This document shows positions 1-7,921 of a stretch of 20,000 nucleotides of DNA, piece after piece (position 1 is the stretch's first letter; the number at the start of each line of letters is the position of its first letter). The notes beneath the pieces were generated by a model that was not told the origin of the DNA, searched no databases, and worked only from the letters and a program-made list of their open reading frames with translations. The stretch comes from an uncultured virus (IMG/VR IMGVR_UViG_3300009034_000029) (taxonomy: Duplodnaviria; Heunggongvirae; Uroviricota; Caudoviricetes), in the IMG/VR virus record IMGVR_UViG_3300009034_000029; one strand, given 5' to 3'. The position numbers were made by a program, and so were the translations under genes.

Positions 1-12
1 ATATCTTGCCAT
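1..12 (-). CDS. 5' end of the next gene (MARY...), runs off the window; by position likely the major tail (tube) protein
   Basis: ATG at 12-10 directly follows the TAA stop of the 13..726 gene, preceded by GAGGTGA RBS; position follows a tail-terminator-like gene. Only 4 codons visible. Confidence 0.4.
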
Positions 13-726
13 TTATTTCACCTCTAATCTAGCATGCATTTTTATAACATATCTCCACTCCAGACCTTCTGTACGTTCAAAATAACCCGGAGTGAGTTCG
101 TCAATTTCAGTTGTCTGAACCGTTCCATTTAATGAACGGTCAGCAACCAACACATCATAAACCTTAGCAATCAAGTCTGTAGATTCTCGTATTCCTAATT
201 GCACGTCATTATTTTTACCATGTACTGCTATTCTAAATTTAGCAAATACAGTATCACCATAAATATTCCTAATCTCTATAGTTGTAGGACTTCCCATAAC
301 ATATGCCGAAGGCCATTGTGTAATAGGTACCTTCGGACTATAACTCACATACTTCAAATCCCCAGACACTACAAGAGGATCCAACTTACCCTTAATAGCC
401 TCCAAGGCTTCTGTAAATCTCCCAAACAACTTCCAGCTCTGAGTAATCGTCAATGTACTAGCCATATCCAATTGATGTCCACCATCAGCATTTGATGCTA
501 CATAATGACCATCAGTCGTTGCAAAAGCTGCAACACCAATTAGGGCTCCTAATATCTCAGTCCGATACGTAGTACCTGAAATAAACCTTAATACCCAAGA
601 CTTGCCATTGATCGAGAAAAGTACCTCACCAGGTGAATTAGACACATCACATTGGATGACATAATACTCCTCAGTCCCACCCGATGTAGGAGTTACCGAT
701 TGATTACTAATCACTGGTACAGCCAT
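13..726 (-). CDS. Putative tail terminator/completion protein with an extra N-terminal beta-rich domain
   Basis: C-terminal ~140 aa fit tail terminators (helix 'EALEAIKGKL', 'WPSAYV', 'LIAKVYDVLVADRSLNGTV'); lies after a gp10-like gene; the first ~97 aa are an additional beta-rich segment. Confidence 0.55.
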   Translation of the reverse strand: MAVPVISNQSVTPTSGGTEEYYVIQCDVSNSPGEVLFSINGKSWVLRFISGTTYRTEILGALIGVAAFATTDGHYVASNADGGHQLDMASTLTITQSWKLFGRFTEALEAIKGKLDPLVVSGDLKYVSYSPKVPITQWPSAYVMGSPTTIEIRNIYGDTVFAKFRIAVHGKNNDVQLGIRESTDLIAKVYDVLVADRSLNGTVQTTEIDELTPGYFERTEGLEWRYVIKMHARLEVK

Positions 727-730
727 TATA

Positions 731-1273
731 TCACTTCCTAAACACAGACTCTATCAAATTTAATATCTCTTCTCTTGCTCTCTTCATCATAGCTTGTTTG
801 GCTTTACCCATCCATTCATATTTCTTCTTAACCTGATGTGTTCCAAAATCTTCTCTTGGAACTTCCATTCTCTTCTTAACTGCAGGATAACCTTTCCTAC
901 CCTTCTTCCCCGGAGCAAGTTTTACCCATTTCGTTATCGTAGGCTTTTTTAATCTCTTCCCAATCTTAGGTACGAACCTACCAGGTGTCTGTCTTGACCC
1001 ACCATGAAGTACCCTTGCATATGGTGCATCTGATGTAAGAAACACATTGTCGCCTTCTACCACATATCTTAGAGATTTGTGAAATCCTCCAGTCTTCCCG
1101 GATGGTACTACTTCCTTAGCCCTTGCGACACCCGCCTGACCAATCCTTTCCAATATTTGTGGTATCTTTGCTCTCACACCTTCAAATCTTCTAGCTAATT
1201 CATTAAAGGTATACCTATAAGTTATCTCTACACCATCTTCAAATGTACGTCCTTTATCAGCCAAACTATCCAC
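731..1273 (-). CDS. HK97 gp10-like / virion morphogenesis (neck) protein
   Basis: Basic protein with 'AKEVVPSGKTGGFHKSL' (P-x-x-T-G-x-L-x-x-S-like) and 'SDAPYARVLHGGS' (YA..vh.Gt-like) motifs; position in the neck module. Start codon uncertain (GTG). Confidence 0.65.
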   Translation of the reverse strand: MDSLADKGRTFEDGVEITYRYTFNELARRFEGVRAKIPQILERIGQAGVARAKEVVPSGKTGGFHKSLRYVVEGDNVFLTSDAPYARVLHGGSRQTPGRFVPKIGKRLKKPTITKWVKLAPGKKGRKGYPAVKKRMEVPREDFGTHQVKKKYEWMGKAKQAMMKRAREEILNLIESVFRK

Positions 1274-1631
1274 TCCAATCTTTTAACTTCGAGACTGGAG
1301 ATGCTGCAGCAGGAGTACCCTTCCAACGTGATTTGGAAATTGACTCTAGCGTCCGCTCAGCTTTATCTCTCAGTATTGCTATATGTGTTACTGCATTCTC
1401 TGGATAGGTACCCTGATCCCTCTCAACCATGGTAATATAACTAGTATACGCCTCAAGAGTTGCCCAGTCCTTAATACAGGCCTCTAACAAATCTATTGGT
1501 GCATTACTATCAGCCTTTCTCTGTACATATGCAGCAGCACTCTTAATACCTTCCGAAATGGTATCATCCGGGATTTGCTCAATCCCTATATTATTAAGCC
1601 TATCCCGAATCATTTGTATTGTCACTGCCAT
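1266..1631 (-). CDS. Putative head-tail adaptor/connector protein
   Basis: 121-aa helical protein with typical adaptor layout ('VTIQMIRDRL', 'IPDDTISEGIKSAAAYV', 'PIDLLEACIKDWA'), upstream of the gp10-like gene. Confidence 0.6.
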   Translation of the reverse strand: MAVTIQMIRDRLNNIGIEQIPDDTISEGIKSAAAYVQRKADSNAPIDLLEACIKDWATLEAYTSYITMVERDQGTYPENAVTHIAILRDKAERTLESISKSRWKGTPAAASPVSKLKDWSG

Positions 1632-1633
1632 GT

Positions 1634-1990
1634 CTATCCCTTCTGCCAGCCAACTAGGAACCCTAATCCTAATCCACCAAGTAGTGGTAATACTATCATA
1701 GCATTTACCATTGCTGCAAACGCATTAATGATAAAGCTTGGATTAGCTGTCAGCCATCCTGAGGTTTTCCCAAAGATACTCCCAACTATGGCTCCTAAAT
1801 CAAACCCAGCATAAAGCATTAGAGCTCCGGTTGCAATAAGTAATACCAACCCAATGGTCATAAAAGCCCTAACTAGTTTTCTCATCATAAAACCTGAGAA
1901 GAATCCCATACCTACACTTAGTATTGGAATTCCCCATATCACTGGATTTGCTGCTATCCATCCTACAATTGACCCTATTATTTCTTGCAT
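1634..1990 (-). CDS. FUN14-family-like membrane protein
   Basis: 'GMGFFSGFMMRKLVRAFMTIGLVLL' and C-terminal 'LPLLGGLGLGFLVGWQKG' match the FUN14 pattern (G-F-x-x-G-F-x-x-K/R-K-L ... LP..G...GF..G.K.G); GAGGTGA RBS. Confidence 0.65.
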   Translation of the reverse strand: MQEIIGSIVGWIAANPVIWGIPILSVGMGFFSGFMMRKLVRAFMTIGLVLLIATGALMLYAGFDLGAIVGSIFGKTSGWLTANPSFIINAFAAMVNAMIVLPLLGGLGLGFLVGWQKG

Positions 1991-2000
1991 CTAACTCACC

Positions 2001-2501
2001 TCATGGTTTCTTTTCTGGTGGTGGTGGAGGAGGAGCTCCTTTAGGTTGTTCTGGAACTATACCTTGCGCTCTTAATGCCATTTCTTCAAGTCTCTTGTAT
2101 TTGGTTTCGAATTCCTCTTGCATCTTTGCTAATCTAACATCGTACTCAGACTTTGACATCCCAAATTTTCTCTCTTTTAGTTTCCATGCACCATAATCAA
2201 CAACCATATGTGCTATTTCCTCAAAGAAATATCCAGTACCAAAAGCAACTATTAATGCCCAATTCCAATAAAAGTCTGGGAATATAAACAATTGCCATGT
2301 TCGGGAGAGTATCTCTCCGCCAATAACAAACACACATACAAATATCCCAAAATACTTATAGTCAAAGTCCTTCAACGAACCCTTCTTCTTTTTAAACCAA
2401 TATGGATAGGCCATCCTGAGTGTTTGTCCTAATAGTAATCCCAACATAATCATCCATGTAGTAAATGGTATTCTTGTCCACCAAAACGGATCTTGCATCA
2501 T
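2001..2501 (-). CDS. Membrane protein (about 3 TM helices) with C-terminal coiled coil and poly-Pro tail; holin/egress candidate
   Basis: Three hydrophobic segments, a charged coiled-coil stretch and C-terminal GAPPPPPPEKKP; GAGGTGA RBS. Confidence 0.6.
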   Translation of the reverse strand: MMQDPFWWTRIPFTTWMIMLGLLLGQTLRMAYPYWFKKKKGSLKDFDYKYFGIFVCVFVIGGEILSRTWQLFIFPDFYWNWALIVAFGTGYFFEEIAHMVVDYGAWKLKERKFGMSKSEYDVRLAKMQEEFETKYKRLEEMALRAQGIVPEQPKGAPPPPPPEKKP

Positions 2502-2511
2502 ATATCACCTC

Positions 2512-3090
2512 TTAATATCCTGGTATGAATCGAACTATAAATTCTCTTAATAACTCAAAGATCAGTACTAAATCAAACGGGAGTTGGATACCCATCATAC
2601 CTAGTAACCAAACTAATGTTCCCGCAAATAATGTGAAGAACCCCGTGACTATTGCTATAAATGCTACTAGAGACCATCCGAAAAGTTTTCCAATAAACGC
2701 TGCAAGAACCCACAATGGATGAGGATCCTTTTTCTCCAACTGCTCAGTAATTGTTTCTGCTAAACTTTTAACCTTCTTCCCAACAAATTCTTGGATCTTT
2801 CCTGCAACGGCTGCAAACATTTGTTCTTTCTCAATCTGTTGCAGAAGTCTTCTCAGTTGTCTCGGCCTTCTCTTAAATTTATTTAAGATCTTAAAGAGGA
2901 GGGTTTGTCCTTCTTGAAGATTGGCCACTTCCCAACCAGCTAACACTACAAATTCTGATCTCTCTGTCTCAGACATACCCGCGCCCTTTTGCATTAAGTA
3001 GTTTAATCTTTCTCTATTCACCTCATACGGAAGTTTAATAACTTCACCGAGTAGCTCCAACTGCTTTTGTTCTTCTGTGGCCTCGCTCAT
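2512..3090 (-). CDS. Membrane protein: N-terminal helical/coiled-coil soluble part plus C-terminal TM segments
   Basis: Charged helical N-terminal ~120 aa followed by a long hydrophobic stretch (LWVLAAF...LVWLLGMMGI); GAGGTGA RBS. Confidence 0.6.
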   Translation of the reverse strand: MSEATEEQKQLELLGEVIKLPYEVNRERLNYLMQKGAGMSETERSEFVVLAGWEVANLQEGQTLLFKILNKFKRRPRQLRRLLQQIEKEQMFAAVAGKIQEFVGKKVKSLAETITEQLEKKDPHPLWVLAAFIGKLFGWSLVAFIAIVTGFFTLFAGTLVWLLGMMGIQLPFDLVLIFELLREFIVRFIPGY

Positions 3091-3100
3091 AGAATCACCT

Positions 3101-3814
3101 CTAAAGCTTTACAATATCTTCGTCTGAGGTTACAACCAAGTTGTCAACCCATAAATCAACGGCAGTAGCAGTCTTAGCTTCCACACCCACAAGTAATTCA
3201 GTATATGGGTCTGCAGCATTTGCCGCTGTTTGAAATTGTATTCCCTTTAGACGTATAACTTGGTTATCGGATATTAATATTCCATAATACCTTTCGTTTA
3301 AATCTGCAGACAACTTAAATGCATGCCAAACAGGAACTACACCTACATTTAATAGCTGTGCACCTCCAACAACATCAACAAATACACCAGCTGTGTTTAG
3401 GTACTGCCACTTTTCATTTGTCTCTCCAAGATATTTCACGGCACTTGTATGTACATTTGTCCCATCAAACTGTTTTAGTTGTATCAATATCTCAGTAATA
3501 TTTGCTGATAGAGCATCACTTGCCCACCAGAATTCTACGCCAATTTTTTGGCTTCCTTGTGGTCCTAAACCCCATGCCCTAGAGGCCTGTGCAACATCAT
3601 CAGCAGCACCAGCAGTTGTTAATTTAAGACTCTGTTTACCCATAAACGCAAGATCTGTACCTGCCGCAATTGTTCCATCAACTGTTGTCCATCTAGCAGT
3701 TATAGTTGTACCGTCCTCCATATCATCCTTAAATAATATCCTTCCCGACGGATCGATCCTATGAAACTTATCTATATCAAATAATATTCTTCTCATCGCA
3801 TCTGATAATCTCAT
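3101..3814 (-). CDS. Beta-sandwich (carbohydrate-binding/lectin-like) putative virion protein
   Basis: 'DDMEDG', 'W', 'GKQSLKL' and final 'LWVDNLVV' strands resemble CBM/jelly-roll domains; the ATG at 3814 sits 9 nt after AGGAG and is preferred over the TTG at 3823. Confidence 0.5.
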   Translation of the reverse strand: MRLSDAMRRILFDIDKFHRIDPSGRILFKDDMEDGTTITARWTTVDGTIAAGTDLAFMGKQSLKLTTAGAADDVAQASRAWGLGPQGSQKIGVEFWWASDALSANITEILIQLKQFDGTNVHTSAVKYLGETNEKWQYLNTAGVFVDVVGGAQLLNVGVVPVWHAFKLSADLNERYYGILISDNQVIRLKGIQFQTAANAADPYTELLVGVEAKTATAVDLWVDNLVVTSDEDIVKL

Positions 3815-3833
3815 GGTTGACAACTCCTAATAT

Positions 3834-3860
3834 AAAAAATAGGGGAGAAAAATCCCCTAT
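3834..3860 (-). terminator. Hairpin + T-run terminator/attenuator after the capsid-decoration genes
   Basis: Minus strand reads ATAGGGGA-TTTTTC-TCCCCTAT followed by TTTTT, overlapping the stop of 3857..4822. Confidence 0.7.
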
Positions 3861-4822
3861 GGACTTAATTTCGCATCGAAGTAATTTCCTCGTGCAGCGG
3901 CCGGAGATATAGATTTTCCAACTTTGATGTTCTCATCCTCTTCTGAACCAACATTAACAGTAATGTTAGTACCAGAGGCAACATCACCAACAAGTATATA
4001 CTCTACAGTATGTACCTCTGTCGGAAGTATTACGGTAGTTGTACCATTCAGAGCTATACAATTATCATACATCTCTGTATAGGCATTACCATAACCAATT
4101 GCTGCGATCTTCTTAGTTGATGCACCTGAAGCAACAGCCGTGACTTTAACATTAAAACCACGGGTCTCACCATCAGGTACGATCATACCAGCTAGCGTGT
4201 TAGTTGCTGTAATTGTAGTGATTGTCAGATCACCAGATGCTTCACGAATAGTAATTGTACCTACTGCGGCAGATGCTAAAATTACTCCTAGTATCTCACC
4301 CCAGTCAGTTTTAACTGTGCTCTTCGGAGACGTACCCGTCAGAGTAATAGTCTCCTTCACAACAGTCGCCGTACCATTCGTAGTTCCGTATATCGTACAG
4401 TCCTGTACATCACTAGCACTGTCCGATATTACCTCTACACCATCATTCGTTGGTTGGTTTCCAAAGTTCCCGCCAGCAGTTGCACTTAATATCTCATCCG
4501 CTTCGTTATCTGCATCGACACATCTTCCACTTCTGCCCTCTTCATAACACTTGATCGGATAGCCAGCCTCTACAGGTTGACTAGCCACTAACTTGGCAAA
4601 ACCAAGGGCAACATTAATACCCTGGTTAACCGTTCTTATTGCATTGTCCGCTTCTGCCCCAATGATATTCTTTGAATCTACTGTACCTACAACAGCCTTA
4701 CCCGAGGCATCTGGTTTGACTAAACGTCTTCCATTCACTGTCCCACCAGCTTCCATTGGATAGTAAGTTGTAGCCTTTTCGAGTTCCATTATCTTCTTCT
4801 CAATTATATATGGTCCTGGCAT
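3857..4822 (-). CDS. Capsid decoration/cement-like protein (DUF2190-like) with a large internal insertion
   Basis: N-terminal ~100 aa (AGGTVNGRRLVKPDASGKAVV...VEAGYPIKCYEEGR) and C-terminal 'KVGKSISPAAARGNYFDAKL' form the decoration-type fold, split by ~190 Thr/Gly-rich residues; GGAGTGA RBS; directly after the MCP. Confidence 0.55.
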   Translation of the reverse strand: MPGPYIIEKKIMELEKATTYYPMEAGGTVNGRRLVKPDASGKAVVGTVDSKNIIGAEADNAIRTVNQGINVALGFAKLVASQPVEAGYPIKCYEEGRSGRCVDADNEADEILSATAGGNFGNQPTNDGVEVISDSASDVQDCTIYGTTNGTATVVKETITLTGTSPKSTVKTDWGEILGVILASAAVGTITIREASGDLTITTITATNTLAGMIVPDGETRGFNVKVTAVASGASTKKIAAIGYGNAYTEMYDNCIALNGTTTVILPTEVHTVEYILVGDVASGTNITVNVGSEEDENIKVGKSISPAAARGNYFDAKLSP

Positions 4823-4858
4823 TGTTTTATCACTCCTGAATAAAATAGGTGATGGCTA

Positions 4859-5842
4859 TTAAGCCACCACATTGTCGATTTTAGATATTCTATAAGAGGT
4901 TGATACCGAATCACTCTCAGGCGTAATTTTGGTATTGTAAAACTGCCTGATTATCCACTCGAATCCAGACCCAGCAACACGCTCTCTCTCAGTAAGAGGT
5001 ATGCGTGTGGTCTGTAATTCACCGTGGGTACCTGTTTCGGTTCCCTTGACAAGCAGATATGCAGAGTCTGTAAAGTACCTTGTTGGATAGAATGCTATTC
5101 CAGATGAACTGGCCATGTAGTCACTTAGTCGTTGCTGAACGTTGTTTATCATGTGTAAGCCTCTCAGCTTTGCATGACATTTCACTGGGTAAACCAATGC
5201 TGTTCGTCTCATGTCATCCGTAGAGACATTAGACTCATCTAATATGTTCTCCCAAGCTTCCTCAATATTTCCAACAATATCCACTGCAGCACTATTGCTG
5301 TTCCATTCCTGGCCAGCTGGTACAGTAACTTGTGTAGCTCCTGCACCTGCAGATATGGCATCGAGGATATTCTCATCCTTTTTCTTGGCTAGCGCCTCTG
5401 AAGCACGTCGTAGTGAAGTTTGGACTTGTAAATTCCCGGTCCCTCGAAGTACAGCCTGATCAGATATGAATAATCTAACCATAGCAGCTTCAAGTGTCAA
5501 TCGGAACGGAGTCCATTCAATGCGTTGTCTCATACCAATAGCTGTTTCTCCCATAGGCCAATCTGCCGTGATCTCACTTGGAAAATCATATCTCACATCC
5601 AGGTCACCAAAGGTTACTGGAGGAAATACTTTTGTTCCAACTGAAATGAACGCAGCAGTTTTATATAGTACTCTCTGCACAACGGCCTTTCGATATGCTA
5701 CATCTGATGTTGCACCACCAGCAGCCATTAAAGACTTCGCATAGCTGTCAATTTCCCCTTTCCAAGCTTTTAGTTGTGCCTCGGAGACATTATACTTCTT
5801 AATAAACTCCGGCTGTTCCGTCAATAAACTATCTACTGACAT
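4859..5842 (-). CDS. Major capsid protein (HK97 fold)
   Basis: 327 aa, follows protease/scaffold and a decoration gene; E-loop-like 'WPMGETA', spine-helix-like 'LRRASEALAKKKDENILDAI'; strong GGAGTGA RBS. Confidence 0.8.
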   Translation of the reverse strand: MSVDSLLTEQPEFIKKYNVSEAQLKAWKGEIDSYAKSLMAAGGATSDVAYRKAVVQRVLYKTAAFISVGTKVFPPVTFGDLDVRYDFPSEITADWPMGETAIGMRQRIEWTPFRLTLEAAMVRLFISDQAVLRGTGNLQVQTSLRRASEALAKKKDENILDAISAGAGATQVTVPAGQEWNSNSAAVDIVGNIEEAWENILDESNVSTDDMRRTALVYPVKCHAKLRGLHMINNVQQRLSDYMASSSGIAFYPTRYFTDSAYLLVKGTETGTHGELQTTRIPLTERERVAGSGFEWIIRQFYNTKITPESDSVSTSYRISKIDNVVA

Positions 5843-5854
5843 TTCATATCACTC

Positions 5855-6289
5855 CTAAGCTCTTCCAAGGACTAATTTGACGTCCATCTTTCCACCGGCA
5901 GATGCACCAACAGCTTCTAATGCAAACCCAATTAGGATCTGCATGTCGGCATTATGGTTTGCTAGAGAATCCTCTCGAATAGTGTGTTTATCGGCGAGTC
6001 CGCCAGACACTACTTTGATTGGATCTCCAGGAACGATGGCAGAATTGGCAGCTGTTACTTTGACTCGTGCAACACCGTCTTGTATCAGTCCACCCCAACC
6101 TTTTATTGCAGCTAATTGTTGGTCTAATATAGCCATCTGATTTATCCCACATGGAATATTCCCAGATGTCCATATCTGCACATTCAGGGCTGTGGCGCTT
6201 GACCACATACAAATATATCCTTCATCATCAAAGTTGGTTTCATCGAAGTATACATTCAGTGGTTCTCCAGGTAGATGTCGTTGTGCCAT
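5855..6289 (-). CDS. Head decoration/cement protein (DUF2190-like)
   Basis: 'QDGVARVKVTAANSAIVPGDPIKVVSGG' and 'IGFALEAVGASAGGKMDVKL' match the beta-clip decoration pattern; located between scaffold and MCP. Confidence 0.7.
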   Translation of the reverse strand: MAQRHLPGEPLNVYFDETNFDDEGYICMWSSATALNVQIWTSGNIPCGINQMAILDQQLAAIKGWGGLIQDGVARVKVTAANSAIVPGDPIKVVSGGLADKHTIREDSLANHNADMQILIGFALEAVGASAGGKMDVKLVLGRA

Positions 6290-6817
6290 TTATATACCAC
6301 CCTCAAATAGTCTCTTCAAGTCAACACCAAAAACATCCGTTGCCGCTTTATCAGATGGATCAAGAGCCGATTGCGAATCAGCTATTCCTGGTGCTTTAAG
6401 GTTCGCAGGGCCTGATACCTCACGAGCCTTCTTCGCCAAGTCAATCATCCGAGTTAGCATACTAATCCGAGCGGCAGCAGGAACATCTTTATATTCCTCC
6501 TCATCGAAAGAAGGATCTAGCTCCTTATATTTCTCATGCAACTCAGTTAGTTTTGCTTTCTCTTCAGCCGCTCGCGCATCAGCTTCTGTCTGTCGCTGAG
6601 CCTGGATGGCCTCGAGATTCTTCTGAAGCTCGTCCACCCGCGAGGTCATGGCGTCAATACCTTCCGTTGTTTTATTCACCATACCTTCTAATTTAGAAGT
6701 ATCTGGCTTTACCACGGGAGGTACACTTGGCGCACTTACTGGAGGAGTTGCTGGAGGCTTTGTAACCTCAGCTCCCTCCACTTGTGTATCCGGTTTAGTT
6801 GTTTCGTCTTCTGTCAT
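6290..6817 (-). CDS. Nested in-frame scaffold protein (internal start M369)
   Basis: GGAGG at 6832-6828, 10 nt upstream of an in-frame ATG at 6817; product is acidic/Pro-rich then coiled coil, like nested scaffolds of lambda C/Nu3 and Mu I/Z. Confidence 0.6.
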   Translation of the reverse strand: MTEDETTKPDTQVEGAEVTKPPATPPVSAPSVPPVVKPDTSKLEGMVNKTTEGIDAMTSRVDELQKNLEAIQAQRQTEADARAAEEKAKLTELHEKYKELDPSFDEEEYKDVPAAARISMLTRMIDLAKKAREVSGPANLKAPGIADSQSALDPSDKAATDVFGVDLKRLFEGGI

Positions 6818-7921
6818 ATGTTGTGCGCCTCCTAAATAGGCGATCTCAGTATGGCTAACTCTACAGTTAGTACACGCAGGGGTCTTAGTTAATGCCCCAC
6901 CAGTAAACTCCATACTCGTGATATCGGGGATTGGTTTGTATCCATTATTCAGATACAATAGCTCACCTGATAATCCCCAATCGGGTTCATTCATAACTCT
7001 CCCTTTCATCTCGTTGTTATATATTCCCCCTCTGACCCACATTTCATCTCCCTTCATGTATGATCTCATGAAGAACCCTATGTTTTTCTCCTTATTATGT
7101 TCGAGGTTTAATGTTGTATCCTCGATTGATTTGTGAGCTAACTTTATCGGTTCCGCTGGATAGTTATTAGTTCTACCCAACATGTCCGTATAGACCCCTG
7201 GTATTAACAGAGGTCCCTCAAATATTACAATGTCTTTTCTTTCAATAAACGTAAACCCACTTAAGGGTACGGTTAATGTAGCCACTTGCATGCTATTCTT
7301 TCCAGTCTGCGGTTTATGTGATGCAGCCCATTTCTTAGCCCTATCCATAGTCCATCCTGCTTGTTTACTAAACCTATAACCCGTAATGACTTTATTATCC
7401 CCACAAGTTGCTCTTATTGCAGCAACTCCCTTAGAGAAGTTAACCCTATGAAAGTCTGTACATTCACCAGATTCCCTAACTCGGTGCCAGATTTCTTTCT
7501 CTTTAGACTCCCAAATAAGCTTAGCTTCCTGAGGCTCTGACAATGCTCCTTCTTCCCATTTAAAGTCTGCATTCCACCCCATCGCTACCTTATTCACGGT
7601 AAGCTTCCCTGTGCCTTTTAACACATAAGTCCCTTTATATGGAGTCTCACCATTCTCTATTGTATACTCACCACTCCGAAGGATATTAATCTTAGCCTTT
7701 TTATCCTTTTTGGCACCTGGTAATCCCGCTGGGATTCCTCCCTCAAAAGCCAACCATCTTTCATGGTGAGGGCCTTTTCTCTTTGCTAATGCATTTTTAG
7801 TATCACATAAAGTCCCACAGTAAACTTCATAACCCTCTAACTTACCATTTTCCTTCTGGAATCTAAAATCCAAATGGGGATCTTCACCCTCAACTTCATG
7901 TAATTGCACTACATACTTCAT
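6290..7921 (-). CDS. Multidomain maturation protein: LigD 3'-phosphoesterase-like domain + unknown module + prohead serine protease + scaffold
   Basis: aa 1-~120 'YVVQLH...HLDFRF...PHHERWLAFEGGIPAG...SGEY' resemble LigD PE; aa ~230-356 carry 'LNLEH' (H275), 'IG', 'GLSGE' (S318) and 'GALTKTPAC' of assemblin-like phage proteases; aa 369-543 are a Pro-rich linker plus coiled coil. Lies between portal and MCP. Confidence 0.75.
   Translation of the reverse strand: MKYVVQLHEVEGEDPHLDFRFQKENGKLEGYEVYCGTLCDTKNALAKRKGPHHERWLAFEGGIPAGLPGAKKDKKAKINILRSGEYTIENGETPYKGTYVLKGTGKLTVNKVAMGWNADFKWEEGALSEPQEAKLIWESKEKEIWHRVRESGECTDFHRVNFSKGVAAIRATCGDNKVITGYRFSKQAGWTMDRAKKWAASHKPQTGKNSMQVATLTVPLSGFTFIERKDIVIFEGPLLIPGVYTDMLGRTNNYPAEPIKLAHKSIEDTTLNLEHNKEKNIGFFMRSYMKGDEMWVRGGIYNNEMKGRVMNEPDWGLSGELLYLNNGYKPIPDITSMEFTGGALTKTPACTNCRVSHTEIAYLGGAQHMTEDETTKPDTQVEGAEVTKPPATPPVSAPSVPPVVKPDTSKLEGMVNKTTEGIDAMTSRVDELQKNLEAIQAQRQTEADARAAEEKAKLTELHEKYKELDPSFDEEEYKDVPAAARISMLTRMIDLAKKAREVSGPANLKAPGIADSQSALDPSDKAATDVFGVDLKRLFEGGI

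Noticed and set aside
6290..7921. Complete NHEJ LigD/Ku system
   Set aside because: Only the phosphoesterase-like domain is present; there are no ligase, polymerase or Ku motifs in the window.
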